Positions 28,373 to 36,776 of a stretch of DNA of 64,000 bases are shown in pieces. The position numbers and the translations under genes were made by a program. How positions within the stretch are numbered: the first letter of the stretch is position 1; every line of letters begins with the position of its first letter. The DNA comes from Candidatus Nomurabacteria bacterium (GTDB taxonomy: Bacteria; Patescibacteriota; Minisyncoccia; Phycocordibacterales; UBA9973), in the NCBI GenBank assembly GCA_029288725.1, contig JARIGS010000010.1, positions 103,883 to 167,882 on the forward strand. Direction: 5' to 3'. The notes under the pieces were generated by a model, which did no database searches, had not been told where the DNA came from, and saw nothing but the letters and a program-made list of their open reading frames with translations.

Positions 28373-28456
28373 TTGTATAGGGCTTTGAGTTTTTTTAAAT
28401 TTACTTTAAAAAAACTAAATGTCAATATGATAGGTACCGAGCACATAATACATGAA

Positions 28457-28488
28457 TAAAAAACACCGCGTCTGACGCGGTGTTTTTT
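28457..28488. terminator. rpsI terminator
   Basis: An 8-bp stem acaccgcg/cgcggtgt with a 5-nt loop, flanked by an A-run and a T-run. Confidence 0.6.
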
Positions 28489-28492
28489 GAGA

Positions 28493-28894
28493 TTAACGCT
28501 TTGACCACTGTGGGGCTTTGCGGGCCTTCTTGAGACCGAACTTGCGACGTTCCTTTGAGCGAGGATCACGCTTGAGGAATCCTTCCTGCTTGAGGGTGGT
28601 CTTGTCACCTTCGTCTTCCTTCACGAGGACACGAGAGATGCCGTGACGAACCGCTTCAGCCTGAGAGTGGATACCACTGCCTGAAACATGGACTGATACG
28701 GCGTATGCCTTGCCAGTAAGCTTGAATGGATCAGTGACGATCTTTTGCAATTCTTCCGTTGGGAAGTAGGTATCAAGCTCCTTGTCATTGATGACATAGC
28801 TTGGCTTTGCTGCCTCAGTGAGACGAACACGCGCTGTTGCAGTCTTGCGTCGTCCAATTGCTTCTACGTATTGTTTTTTCGTTGCTGCTGTCAT
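28493..28894 (-). CDS. rpsI: 30S ribosomal protein S9
   Basis: The N-terminal block reads YVEAIGRRKTATARVRL, and the C-terminal KKAPQWSKR is basic. Confidence 0.9.
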   Translation of the reverse strand: MTAATKKQYVEAIGRRKTATARVRLTEAAKPSYVINDKELDTYFPTEELQKIVTDPFKLTGKAYAVSVHVSGSGIHSQAEAVRHGISRVLVKEDEGDKTTLKQEGFLKRDPRSKERRKFGLKKARKAPQWSKR

Positions 28895-28901
28895 AAAAAT
28901 A

Positions 28902-29246
28902 TTATTCGGTTACGGTAAGGGCCTTCATCATCCCCTTCTTAAGCTTGTTGTCAGGAAGCATACCCTTGATAGCGATTGTTACCGCTTCCTTATAGCCCTT
29001 TTTTTCAACCACGTGAGCAAGGCTCAATTCCTTCAAACCACCTGGGTAGCCTGAGTACCGAGTATAAAATTTCTCCTTCATTTTCTTTTCAGACACCTTC
29101 AACTTGCCGGCATTGATGACGGTCACGGTATTGCCTGAAAGCACATTCCGTGCGAAGTCAGTAGTGTTCTTGCCGATCAGCAAGGCTGCTGCTTCTGAAG
29201 CGAGACGGCCGAGTGACTTTTCTGTTGCATCAATAGTGTAGTTCAT
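28902..29246 (-). CDS. rplM: 50S ribosomal protein L13 (short form)
   Basis: Blocks ATEKSLGRLASEAAALLIGKN and AIKGMLP match L13, and the gene is adjacent to rpsI. Confidence 0.85.
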   Translation of the reverse strand: MNYTIDATEKSLGRLASEAAALLIGKNTTDFARNVLSGNTVTVINAGKLKVSEKKMKEKFYTRYSGYPGGLKELSLAHVVEKKGYKEAVTIAIKGMLPDNKLKKGMMKALTVTE

Positions 29247-29251
29247 AGTGA

Positions 29252-29608
29252 TTATTGTACGAATTCGATAATTGCCATTGGACTTGCATCGCCCTTGCGC
29301 GCAGCAAGCTTGACGATACGAGTGTAGCCACCTGGGCGTTCAGTGTAGCGAGGAGCGATGTCATTGATAAGCTTACTTACCACGAGCTCGTTGTTGTAAA
29401 AACCAGCAAGCAAAAGACGGCGTGAAGCGAGGGTAGGATTCTTGGCCTTAGTCACGAGTTTTTCAACATTTGGACGAAGTTCCTTGGCCTTTGCCTCGGT
29501 AGTCATGATGCGGCCATGCTGAATTAGCGAAGCTGCAAGGCCCTTGAGGAGTGCGTGGCGCTGATTTTTTGAGCGGCCGAATTTTCTGTTAGCATTGTGA
29601 TGTCGCAT
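29252..29608 (-). CDS. rplQ: 50S ribosomal protein L17
   Basis: N-terminus MRHHNANRKFGRSKNQRHALLKGLAASLIQHGRIMTT. Confidence 0.9.
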   Translation of the reverse strand: MRHHNANRKFGRSKNQRHALLKGLAASLIQHGRIMTTEAKAKELRPNVEKLVTKAKNPTLASRRLLLAGFYNNELVVSKLINDIAPRYTERPGGYTRIVKLAARKGDASPMAIIEFVQ

Positions 29609-29642
29609 AATGTTTTACGTTAAGTCCCGTGAGTATAGCGCA

Positions 29643-30647
29643 TTAGTCCTTCAAAGACAAGTTGAACTGAGCGAGGGCTTCCTTGATTTCAGTAATGCCC
29701 TTGTCGCCAATACCGTCGATTTCAAGCAGGTCGTCAACGCGCTTGCGAGCGATGCCACCAACGGTGCGAATATTAGCTGCTGACAATGCGTTAAGAGTGC
29801 GGGTTGAGAGGCCGATTGCATCGATGCGGTTCTTGAGGACGTCAGTAACGTCTACGGATTCCTCATCACTTGCCATTGTTTCCTCTTCCATTGCCGCTGC
29901 TTCGATCGCAGGAGCCTTGGCAGCAGATGCCGCCTGAACTTCCGCAATGATCTTGCCACTGTCTACAGAGACAATTGCCGCAAGCTGTTCAATCATGGTG
30001 TTTACTGACATTTCAAGTGCTTCGCGAGGAGAAAGTGTACCGTCAGTTTCGATGGTAAGGCGAAGACGGTTGAAGTTAGTCTTGTCTCCCACGCGCATTT
30101 CCTCCACGTCGTAGCTCACGCGACGAATTGGGGAGAAAATAGCATCAAGGAAAATGATACCGATATCAGCCTTTTGCTTGTGATGTGCATCACGAGGAAC
30201 AAACCCAAGACCACGTTCAATGGTCAATTCAACGTTCAAGCCAGACTTACTGGTGATTTCACAAATGTACTGGTCAAGGTTTGAGATAGATACTGCGCCC
30301 TTTGCGTTGATGTCAGCGGCAGTAACGATCTTTGGACCCTTAACTGAAAAGGCAACCTTTACTGGCTCATCGCCAACAAGCTGGAAACGGATATTCTTGA
30401 GGTTGAGCAAGAGCGTAATAACGTCCTCCTTCACGCCTTCAATAGTTGAGAATTCATGGGCAACACCGTCAATCTTCACGGCTGTAATGGCAGCACCAGG
30501 AAGTGATGAGAGGATAATGCGGCGAAGTGAGTTGCCGAGAGTGTAACCGTAGCCTGGTACGAGACCGTCGATTTCAAAGACACCCTTGTTACCGTCCTCT
30601 AGTATTGCCTTTGGTTTTGATGGAAGAATGATTTTTTGTTCGCTCAT
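29643..30647 (-). CDS. rpoA: DNA-directed RNA polymerase subunit alpha
   Basis: N-terminal domain plus alpha-CTD block IEELDLSVRSANCLKR-like (LSTRTLNALSAANIRTVGGIARK). Confidence 0.95.
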   Translation of the reverse strand: MSEQKIILPSKPKAILEDGNKGVFEIDGLVPGYGYTLGNSLRRIILSSLPGAAITAVKIDGVAHEFSTIEGVKEDVITLLLNLKNIRFQLVGDEPVKVAFSVKGPKIVTAADINAKGAVSISNLDQYICEITSKSGLNVELTIERGLGFVPRDAHHKQKADIGIIFLDAIFSPIRRVSYDVEEMRVGDKTNFNRLRLTIETDGTLSPREALEMSVNTMIEQLAAIVSVDSGKIIAEVQAASAAKAPAIEAAAMEEETMASDEESVDVTDVLKNRIDAIGLSTRTLNALSAANIRTVGGIARKRVDDLLEIDGIGDKGITEIKEALAQFNLSLKD

Positions 30648-30698
30648 ATAGTAAAATATAGTACCATTATTTTGTAATTATTGCAATATTGTGTCCTA

Positions 30699-31307
30699 TT
30701 AACGACTGTAGAACTCAAGAACGGTATCGAGCTGGAGGAACTGTTCCTCATTTTTTGGCTTTGCTACTACTTCAGCCTGAAGTGATTCAGGAGTAAGCTT
30801 AAGCCATTTTGGCCAACTGTAATTTTTTACCTTTGTACTAAAATCAGTGAATACTGGACTCTTACGAGATCCTTCACGCACTGCGACAACGTCACCCACA
30901 TGCACGGTTTGTGATGGGATAGTGGTCTTTTTCCCATTAACCGTAAAGTGGCCATGAGAAACGAGCTGGCGAGCGAAGCGACGAGTGTGAGCAAAGCCGA
31001 GGCGGTAGACCACGTTATCAAGGCGGTTTTCAAGCTGCTCATAGAGCTTGTCAGTTACCGGCATACCCTTAACCTGGTTAGCCTGGATCACGTAGTTTGA
31101 AAGCTGTTTCTCGCTAATACCATACGAAAAGCGCACCTTTTGTTTTTCAATAAGTTGAGTACCGTAGCCTGACAATGCCTTTGGACGCTTGCCCTTCCCT
31201 ACCTTTGATTTCTTGGCTTCAGACAAGAGATACTTTGGAGTCTGGCATTTTTCGAATACTCCAGAACCCAAACGGCGACACATTTTGTATTTTGCTCCTA
31301 ATTTCAT
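30699..31307 (-). CDS. rpsD: 30S ribosomal protein S4
   Basis: N-terminus MCRRLGSGVFEKC and an S4 domain. Confidence 0.9.
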   Translation of the reverse strand: MKLGAKYKMCRRLGSGVFEKCQTPKYLLSEAKKSKVGKGKRPKALSGYGTQLIEKQKVRFSYGISEKQLSNYVIQANQVKGMPVTDKLYEQLENRLDNVVYRLGFAHTRRFARQLVSHGHFTVNGKKTTIPSQTVHVGDVVAVREGSRKSPVFTDFSTKVKNYSWPKWLKLTPESLQAEVVAKPKNEEQFLQLDTVLEFYSR

Positions 31308-31319
31308 ATACGTTAATTA

Positions 31320-31754
31320 TTACACTCTTCGAGGCTTCTTGGCCTTTGGACCATTGTGTGGTACCGGAGTCTTATCCTTAATTGCTAATAGTTCGATGCC
31401 AGGAGCAACGAATGCACGAATCAATGGTTCGCGACCACTTCCCACACCTTTCACCATGACATTCACTTCTTTGATGCCAGCAGTTACCGCCTTTTCAGCA
31501 AGCACTTCACCTACCTTTGAGGCTGCAAACGGAGTACCCTTTTTTGCCCCCTTGAAACCAAGTGATCCTGATGAAGACCAAAAGAGGATATTCCCTTTTA
31601 CGTCACTGACCACTGCCTTGGTGTTATTGAAGGTTGCTTCAATAGCCAATACTGCGGTAGTAAGCTTTTTCTTTGGCGTGCGGCCAACAGCGCGACCGCG
31701 CTTGTCAGCATCCACCAACTGTCCTTCTTGAGTTGCAATTCGTTTCTTTCCCAT
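31320..31754 (-). CDS. rpsK: 30S ribosomal protein S11
   Basis: The S11 block reads AVLAIEATFNNTKAVVSDVKGN. Confidence 0.9.
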   Translation of the reverse strand: MGKKRIATQEGQLVDADKRGRAVGRTPKKKLTTAVLAIEATFNNTKAVVSDVKGNILFWSSSGSLGFKGAKKGTPFAASKVGEVLAEKAVTAGIKEVNVMVKGVGSGREPLIRAFVAPGIELLAIKDKTPVPHNGPKAKKPRRV

Positions 31755-31759
31755 ACTAT

Positions 31760-32140
31760 TTATGTCTTACTTTCCTTACGGCGACCACTTCCCATAGTGT
31801 TACGAACATTTCCACGAACTGTTCGAGAATTAGTTTTGGTACGCTGGCCATTGACTGGTAATTTGCGCATGTGACGCACGCCACGGTACGCCTTGATATC
31901 TTTCAAACGCTTGATGTTTGCAGAAATTTCACGCTTGAGGTTTCCTTCGATATTGCGGTCCTCGATGTTCTTACGAATAACGTTTTCCTGCTCAACGGTC
32001 AGGTCAGTAGGCTTGGTTTCTGGTGCAACACCAGCATCAAGCAATACTTTGTTTGCTGTGGCGCGACCGATACCGTAAAGGGTGGTGAGCCCAATATCAA
32101 GTCGCTTTTCGTTTGGAATGGTAATACCTAAAATACGCAT
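31760..32140 (-). CDS. rpsM: 30S ribosomal protein S13
   Basis: N-terminus MRILGITIPNEKRLDIGLTTLYGIGRATANKVL. Confidence 0.9.
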   Translation of the reverse strand: MRILGITIPNEKRLDIGLTTLYGIGRATANKVLLDAGVAPETKPTDLTVEQENVIRKNIEDRNIEGNLKREISANIKRLKDIKAYRGVRHMRKLPVNGQRTKTNSRTVRGNVRNTMGSGRRKESKT

Positions 32141-32151
32141 ATATCTGAGTT

Positions 32152-32262
32152 TTATTGTTTCTGCTTATGCTTAGGATTGTCACAAATCACCAACAAATGG
32201 CGATTGCGCTTCACAATCTTACACTTATCGCACATCTTTTTGACTGTTGACTTTATCTTCAT
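32152..32262 (-). CDS. rpmJ: 50S ribosomal protein L36
   Basis: Manual translation gives [36 protein letters not shown] (36 aa, zinc ribbon). It falls below the ORF-track cutoff. Confidence 0.85.
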   Translation of the reverse strand: MKIKSTVKKMCDKCKIVKRNRHLLVICDNPKHKQKQ

Positions 32263-32293
32263 AAAAATATTAAGCGGGAGTAGTATATACTAT

Positions 32294-32512
32294 TTACATT
32301 CTTCTGACAATACGTCCTTTTCCCCCATATGGATCAAGCAATACTTCTACAGTATCGCCAACCAATACCTTGATACGGTGCAAGCGCATTTTGCCGGCAA
32401 GGTATGCTACTAAGGTTTCTCCGGAGTTTCCTTCAACAAGCTCCACCCGAAACATGGTGTTTGGAAGAGCCTCCTGAACTATTGCTTTGACGGGGTTTTC
32501 TTGCATTGCCAT
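32294..32512 (-). CDS. infA: translation initiation factor IF-1
   Basis: S1-like OB fold VQEALPNTMFRVELVEGNSGETLVAYLAGKMRLHRIKVLVGDTVEV. Confidence 0.9.
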   Translation of the reverse strand: MAMQENPVKAIVQEALPNTMFRVELVEGNSGETLVAYLAGKMRLHRIKVLVGDTVEVLLDPYGGKGRIVRRM

Positions 32513-32556
32513 TGACAGGTGACACTATACTAAATTCCCTGATTTTGGTCAAGCAT

Positions 32557-33843
32557 TTACTGGATTTTTATCTTGATACGACTTGGTTTGTAGGGAAAAT
32601 ACGGTGCCCAAAACGGATAGAGGCTGTAAGTGGCAGTATCGATTTCCGGAATTGATAACAATGCGGCATTAAATGTCCCCCTTGGAATGCCCAATACGGC
32701 CTGCTGGATAACGGGAACTGCTGCCTGGGTAATGATTGTCCCCTGTCCTGACACGGCAATGGTGATAGAGTCAGGAATGTGGGCTGGATCGGTCGGTAAA
32801 GGAGTAACGGAACGTACCGTTACCGCTCCTAGGTCCGGAATAGTGACTGAGGGATAGACGTGGTCGGCAATGGCCTTACTGGCAATAGCCTGCTCAAAAA
32901 GATCGCGAGGAATAAGGTATGACACCATCGTGCCCTGCAAACTTGCCGGAAACTGAATATCCGAACCCTGGGCTACTAGACTGGTAGTATCGATGGTCGT
33001 AAATTGCAAATCAGGAAAAGTGATGAGATCGTCAGGAATCTGAGACCGGGTCTCACGACTGAGCTTTTCGGTCAGAGCGGCCTGAAGGGTGGTAAGAGCC
33101 TGTTGCCTGTCGGTCGGAGACAGGGTGTGCATTGCCCCGTTTTGACCACCGGAAATCAGACCGGAACTGCCAAAAAACAGCTTGGCATTGGCACCGCTCC
33201 ACCCCGCTACGGTAAAGGTCGTACCGTTGGTGTTGTAGGCAGGCCCAATTCCAGCCGCAACAATGGCAACACTGGCGCTGCCGGCTGTTTTTGTAGTGCC
33301 GGTACCGGTATAGCCCGGTACGCTTACGGTCGCTTGGGTAAGATATTTCTGACCATTTGCGCCAGTCAATGTCGTGCCGCTTCTTACTGTTTGGGCCGTC
33401 TTGCTGTATTGATTGAAAAGTACAGCCTTGCCCGATGCCTTGGTGGTGCTGGTAGTCATGGCAGAACCAAAGACCTGACGAGTGACGGTGTCGGTCACGA
33501 CCATCGTTTGGAATGACAGGCGGCCAGGACCGGTAGTAGTTTCGTTTGCGACATCAAGCTCAGTATCCTGTAATGAGAAAGGAATGTGCCGCTGGTTTAC
33601 CGTTACCGTTGCATGCACAAAGACCGTTCCGACAATATAGAGCAGTGCAATAAATAACAACGCGCCCCCGATCACGATAATCTTGCGCCAGTTCGATGTT
33701 GGTTCCCCTTCGTATTCCTCCCGATAGACTGGTTTTTTGACCTTTACCGGTGGCTCCGGTGTTTCTGGCGGCAATGGATCAAGGTCGGGCAATCCCTTTT
33801 CCTTATAATCCTTGCGGATCACGTCATACAATTTCATGGCCAT
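32557..33843 (-). CDS. hypothetical bitopic membrane protein (about 55-aa cytoplasmic N-terminus, one TM, large Thr/Gly/Ala-rich ectodomain)
   Basis: Single TM helix IIVIGGALLFIALLYIVGTVF. It is separated from the upstream actin-like gene by a 2-nt gap. Confidence 0.45.
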   Translation of the reverse strand: MAMKLYDVIRKDYKEKGLPDLDPLPPETPEPPVKVKKPVYREEYEGEPTSNWRKIIVIGGALLFIALLYIVGTVFVHATVTVNQRHIPFSLQDTELDVANETTTGPGRLSFQTMVVTDTVTRQVFGSAMTTSTTKASGKAVLFNQYSKTAQTVRSGTTLTGANGQKYLTQATVSVPGYTGTGTTKTAGSASVAIVAAGIGPAYNTNGTTFTVAGWSGANAKLFFGSSGLISGGQNGAMHTLSPTDRQQALTTLQAALTEKLSRETRSQIPDDLITFPDLQFTTIDTTSLVAQGSDIQFPASLQGTMVSYLIPRDLFEQAIASKAIADHVYPSVTIPDLGAVTVRSVTPLPTDPAHIPDSITIAVSGQGTIITQAAVPVIQQAVLGIPRGTFNAALLSIPEIDTATYSLYPFWAPYFPYKPSRIKIKIQ

Positions 33844-33844
33844 A

Positions 33845-34999
33845 TTACACTCGTTCGCTACACAGGGCTGCTAATGCCAGAGCGGCGTCAGGGGCTTCCG
33901 CTCCACGGGTCTTTACGCCAGCAGCAAGATGCAGGTCATCGGCCACAAACGCACGGACATGACCGCCAGCGGTACCGTGACGAAGAAACGGATCAGCGAT
34001 AAGGGCATCGGCAATCACCGTCGTAAAGCGACTGTCAGCGCAGATATAGTATGTTGCAGGAAGGTGAAAGCCCTGTTGTCCTTGCTCAACAACTGCAGTC
34101 AGTCCGCTCATCCAGTGCGTGATGAATTCCTGAAAGGCTTTCTCAACGGTTTTCATCGGTGAAGCCGAAAGTTTTTTCAAGCGATATCCTTCGATGAGAG
34201 CACGCGCCTCGATACTGTTTCTTTTGGCTGTCGTTAACAAGCGGTACAGTTCATAGGTACCAAGTGGAAATGAGTGCTGAGAGATGAAGACACCGTGCTT
34301 TACAAATGCGACATCGGTTACTTCTTCACCGAGATCAATGATGACACTGGCCTCCTCTATGCCACCGTTATCGCGTAGCGCTACAAAGGCAGCGTGAACA
34401 CCGGTCGTAACATGGATCGGACGGTCGCCATAACTGCGGCGAAGAATGCTATTAAAACGCTCAATGACAATGAGTGGTACAAGGGTGACTGTCAGGGTCA
34501 ATTCCAGGGACTGGACCTTTTTACCGTAAGGATTGGAGGTTTCGTACCCATTGAGGGTACAACGGGCAATATGCTGCTCAGCTACCTTTGATTCACTGCC
34601 AAAGGTATTGCCTGTTGCACTGTATTCCTTCAGTAGGGCCGCAATGTCCTTTTCAACCAAGGAATTAACCAGACGCTTGGTGCAACTAAAGGCCGTGCTT
34701 TTGCTGTATGTAATAGTACGCGTTACGGCCGTATACCACGGCGAGGAAAGCGTAACCTGAATGTAGTCCGGATGATGGACATCGCCGGTGCGAACGTGAT
34801 CAATGACTGTTTCCAAGGTGCGGGCCGTATCATTAACGAATCGTTCAATGTCCAACTCCTCCTCAAATCCACTGTCTCGACGATCCTGCACGAGCAACGT
34901 CACGTTGGTATGATTACTTCCCTGTTCAATCAATGCATGCGCACCGCCAACACTACTTGAACTAATATCAAAGACAGCAATCGCTTTGCTTGTACTCAT
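33845..34999 (-). CDS. ASKHA/actin-like ATPase-fold protein of unknown role (PilM/FtsA/Ppx-like)
   Basis: Phosphate-1 motif AIAVFDISSSSVGGAHA and phosphate-2 motif VIIDLGEEVTDVAFV. The ORF-track 5' extension overlaps alaS, so the start was set at Met 34997-34999 (MSTSKAIA). Confidence 0.45.
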   Translation of the reverse strand: MSTSKAIAVFDISSSSVGGAHALIEQGSNHTNVTLLVQDRRDSGFEEELDIERFVNDTARTLETVIDHVRTGDVHHPDYIQVTLSSPWYTAVTRTITYSKSTAFSCTKRLVNSLVEKDIAALLKEYSATGNTFGSESKVAEQHIARCTLNGYETSNPYGKKVQSLELTLTVTLVPLIVIERFNSILRRSYGDRPIHVTTGVHAAFVALRDNGGIEEASVIIDLGEEVTDVAFVKHGVFISQHSFPLGTYELYRLLTTAKRNSIEARALIEGYRLKKLSASPMKTVEKAFQEFITHWMSGLTAVVEQGQQGFHLPATYYICADSRFTTVIADALIADPFLRHGTAGGHVRAFVADDLHLAAGVKTRGAEAPDAALALAALCSERV

Positions 35000-35027
35000 G
35001 CACCTAGTATAGCAGTAAAAATTATTT

Positions 35028-36767
35028 TTATGCGAGAGTTGCCTTGATGCGGCGGATGCCGGCAGCAACGGCTTCTTCCTTTTGGATCTTGAAGGTACCA
35101 AGCTCGGCGGTATGTTCAACGTGCGGACCGCCACAAAATTCTTTTGAAATGGCTTCACCTTGATCGTTTTCGATAACATACACAGAAACGACATCCGGAT
35201 ACTTTGCACCAAATTCCATTTCGGCACCCAACTGTTCTGCTTCGATACGAGGCATTTCCCGGCGGCAGACCTTGTGGTCAGTGGTAATCCAGCTATTCAC
35301 CAATCGTTCTACTTCTGTTTTCTCCTCATCAGTCATTTTGCGATCAAAGCTGAAGTCGATGCGAAGACGCTCCTCAGTGATATTGCTTCCCCGCTGATGG
35401 ACTTCTGGACCAAGGACCTTTTGCAAGGCTGCAAGCAATAAGTGATGCGCGGTGTGCAAGCGAGTGGTCTTTTCACTCGTATCAGCCAACCCCCCTTTGA
35501 ACTTCTGCTCCGCTCCCTTGCGAGAGAGTTCCTGATGGGCCTTCATCTGCTCATCAAACATCTTTCTATTTACGAGAATACCCCGTTCCAATCCTAATTC
35601 TTCCGTTATTTCAATTGGAAATCCGTACGTGGTAGCGAGTGTAAATGGATCTATGCCTTTTTCAAACTCCTTCAATCCGGCAATAAGGGTCTTTTCAAAT
35701 TTTTCCTCCTCTACCTTCATCACCATGCGCAGACCTTCTTGCGCTACTTCCGGATAGACATCGCCATAGAAGGCAATATAGTGATCGATAATCTGTGAGG
35801 CAATGATAGGATCAGCCTGAAGGAATTTCAATTTCAATACCGCGCGGCGAATAATGCGACGAAGGATGTATCCCTGATCCTTGTTGGATGGCAACACGCC
35901 GTCAGCAGTCAAGAAAAGCGCGGTACGCAAATGGTCTGCCACAATGCGCGCGTCTCGTTCGGTATAGTTCTGACTGTGCTGGCGCAACAGTGCCATCACC
36001 GGTGCGAACATATCGGCTTCATAGACATTGGTCTTGCCCTGGGCAAGCATGCTGACGCGCTCCAAGCCACTGCCGGTATCAACATTTTTCTGCGCTAGCT
36101 TGCCAATCACTGCACCGTCACGCTTTTCATACTGCATGAAGACGTCATTCCAAATTTCAACGACGGTACCGATGTCATCAGCAGCAACATACTGCTCATG
36201 GGTCAGGTCACCCAAGCCCTGTGGCGTGACATCATAAAACATTTCTGTATCAGGACCGCACGGACCATTATCTCCCGGACTCCACCAGTTGTTTTTTGCC
36301 GGAAGGAAGTAAATACGGTTCTCAGGAACGTACTGCTTCCATATTTCTACAGCCTCCATATCTCGAGGTGCATTGTCGTCACCTTCAAATACGGTGATAT
36401 AGAGACGCTTTGGATCAAGCCCCAGCCCCTCTTCCTTGGAAGTCAAAAACTCAAAACTCCATTTGATTGCGTCTTCCTTGAAATAATCTCCCAATGACCA
36501 ATTTCCGAGCATTTCAAAAAAGGTTAGGTTCTTGTGATTGCCCACTTCTTCAATGTCACCAGTACGAACGCATTTCTGCGCACTGACCAGGCGAGTCCCT
36601 AGCGGATGCGGTTGCCCCATCAGATACGGCACCAACGGCTGCATGCCGGCAGTATTGAACAATACCGACGGGTCATTCTTCGGCACCAATGATGCCGAAG
36701 GCAGCACCGCATGCCCGCGCTTGGCAAAAAAATCAATAAATCGCTGTCTGATCTCGGAGGAAGTCAT
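35028..36767 (-). CDS. alaS: alanine--tRNA ligase, minimal form (catalytic plus editing domains, no C-Ala domain)
   Basis: N-terminus MTSSEIRQRFIDFFAKRGHAVLPSASLVPKNDPSVLFNTAGMQP and block WSPGDNGPCGPDTEMFYD. The editing motifs HTAHHLL and CGGPHV are present. It is only 579 aa. Confidence 0.85.
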   Translation of the reverse strand: MTSSEIRQRFIDFFAKRGHAVLPSASLVPKNDPSVLFNTAGMQPLVPYLMGQPHPLGTRLVSAQKCVRTGDIEEVGNHKNLTFFEMLGNWSLGDYFKEDAIKWSFEFLTSKEEGLGLDPKRLYITVFEGDDNAPRDMEAVEIWKQYVPENRIYFLPAKNNWWSPGDNGPCGPDTEMFYDVTPQGLGDLTHEQYVAADDIGTVVEIWNDVFMQYEKRDGAVIGKLAQKNVDTGSGLERVSMLAQGKTNVYEADMFAPVMALLRQHSQNYTERDARIVADHLRTALFLTADGVLPSNKDQGYILRRIIRRAVLKLKFLQADPIIASQIIDHYIAFYGDVYPEVAQEGLRMVMKVEEEKFEKTLIAGLKEFEKGIDPFTLATTYGFPIEITEELGLERGILVNRKMFDEQMKAHQELSRKGAEQKFKGGLADTSEKTTRLHTAHHLLLAALQKVLGPEVHQRGSNITEERLRIDFSFDRKMTDEEKTEVERLVNSWITTDHKVCRREMPRIEAEQLGAEMEFGAKYPDVVSVYVIENDQGEAISKEFCGGPHVEHTAELGTFKIQKEEAVAAGIRRIKATLA

Positions 36768-36776
36768 GCCTATAAA

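Noticed and set aside
23627-28444. Exact 14-mer TAGGTACCGAGCAC repeated at 23627-23640 and 28431-28444 in two intergenic regions
   Set aside because: About 7 chance repeats of 14-mers are expected in 64 kb (n squared over 2N). There is no third copy and no consistent position relative to genes, so it was not called as a motif.
31175-33516. Numerous 60-180 aa ORFs antisense to ribosomal-protein, rpoA and membrane-protein genes (for example 31189..31731, 33004..33516)
   Set aside because: They lie entirely within well-supported genes on the opposite strand and have Ala/Arg/Ser/Pro-rich composition typical of antisense frames in GC-balanced DNA.
34999-35227. N-terminal 76-aa extension of the actin-like ORF (MPKWNLV...)
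   Set aside because: It overlaps the 3' end of alaS by 200 nt. The internal Met followed by the phosphate-1 motif is the natural start.
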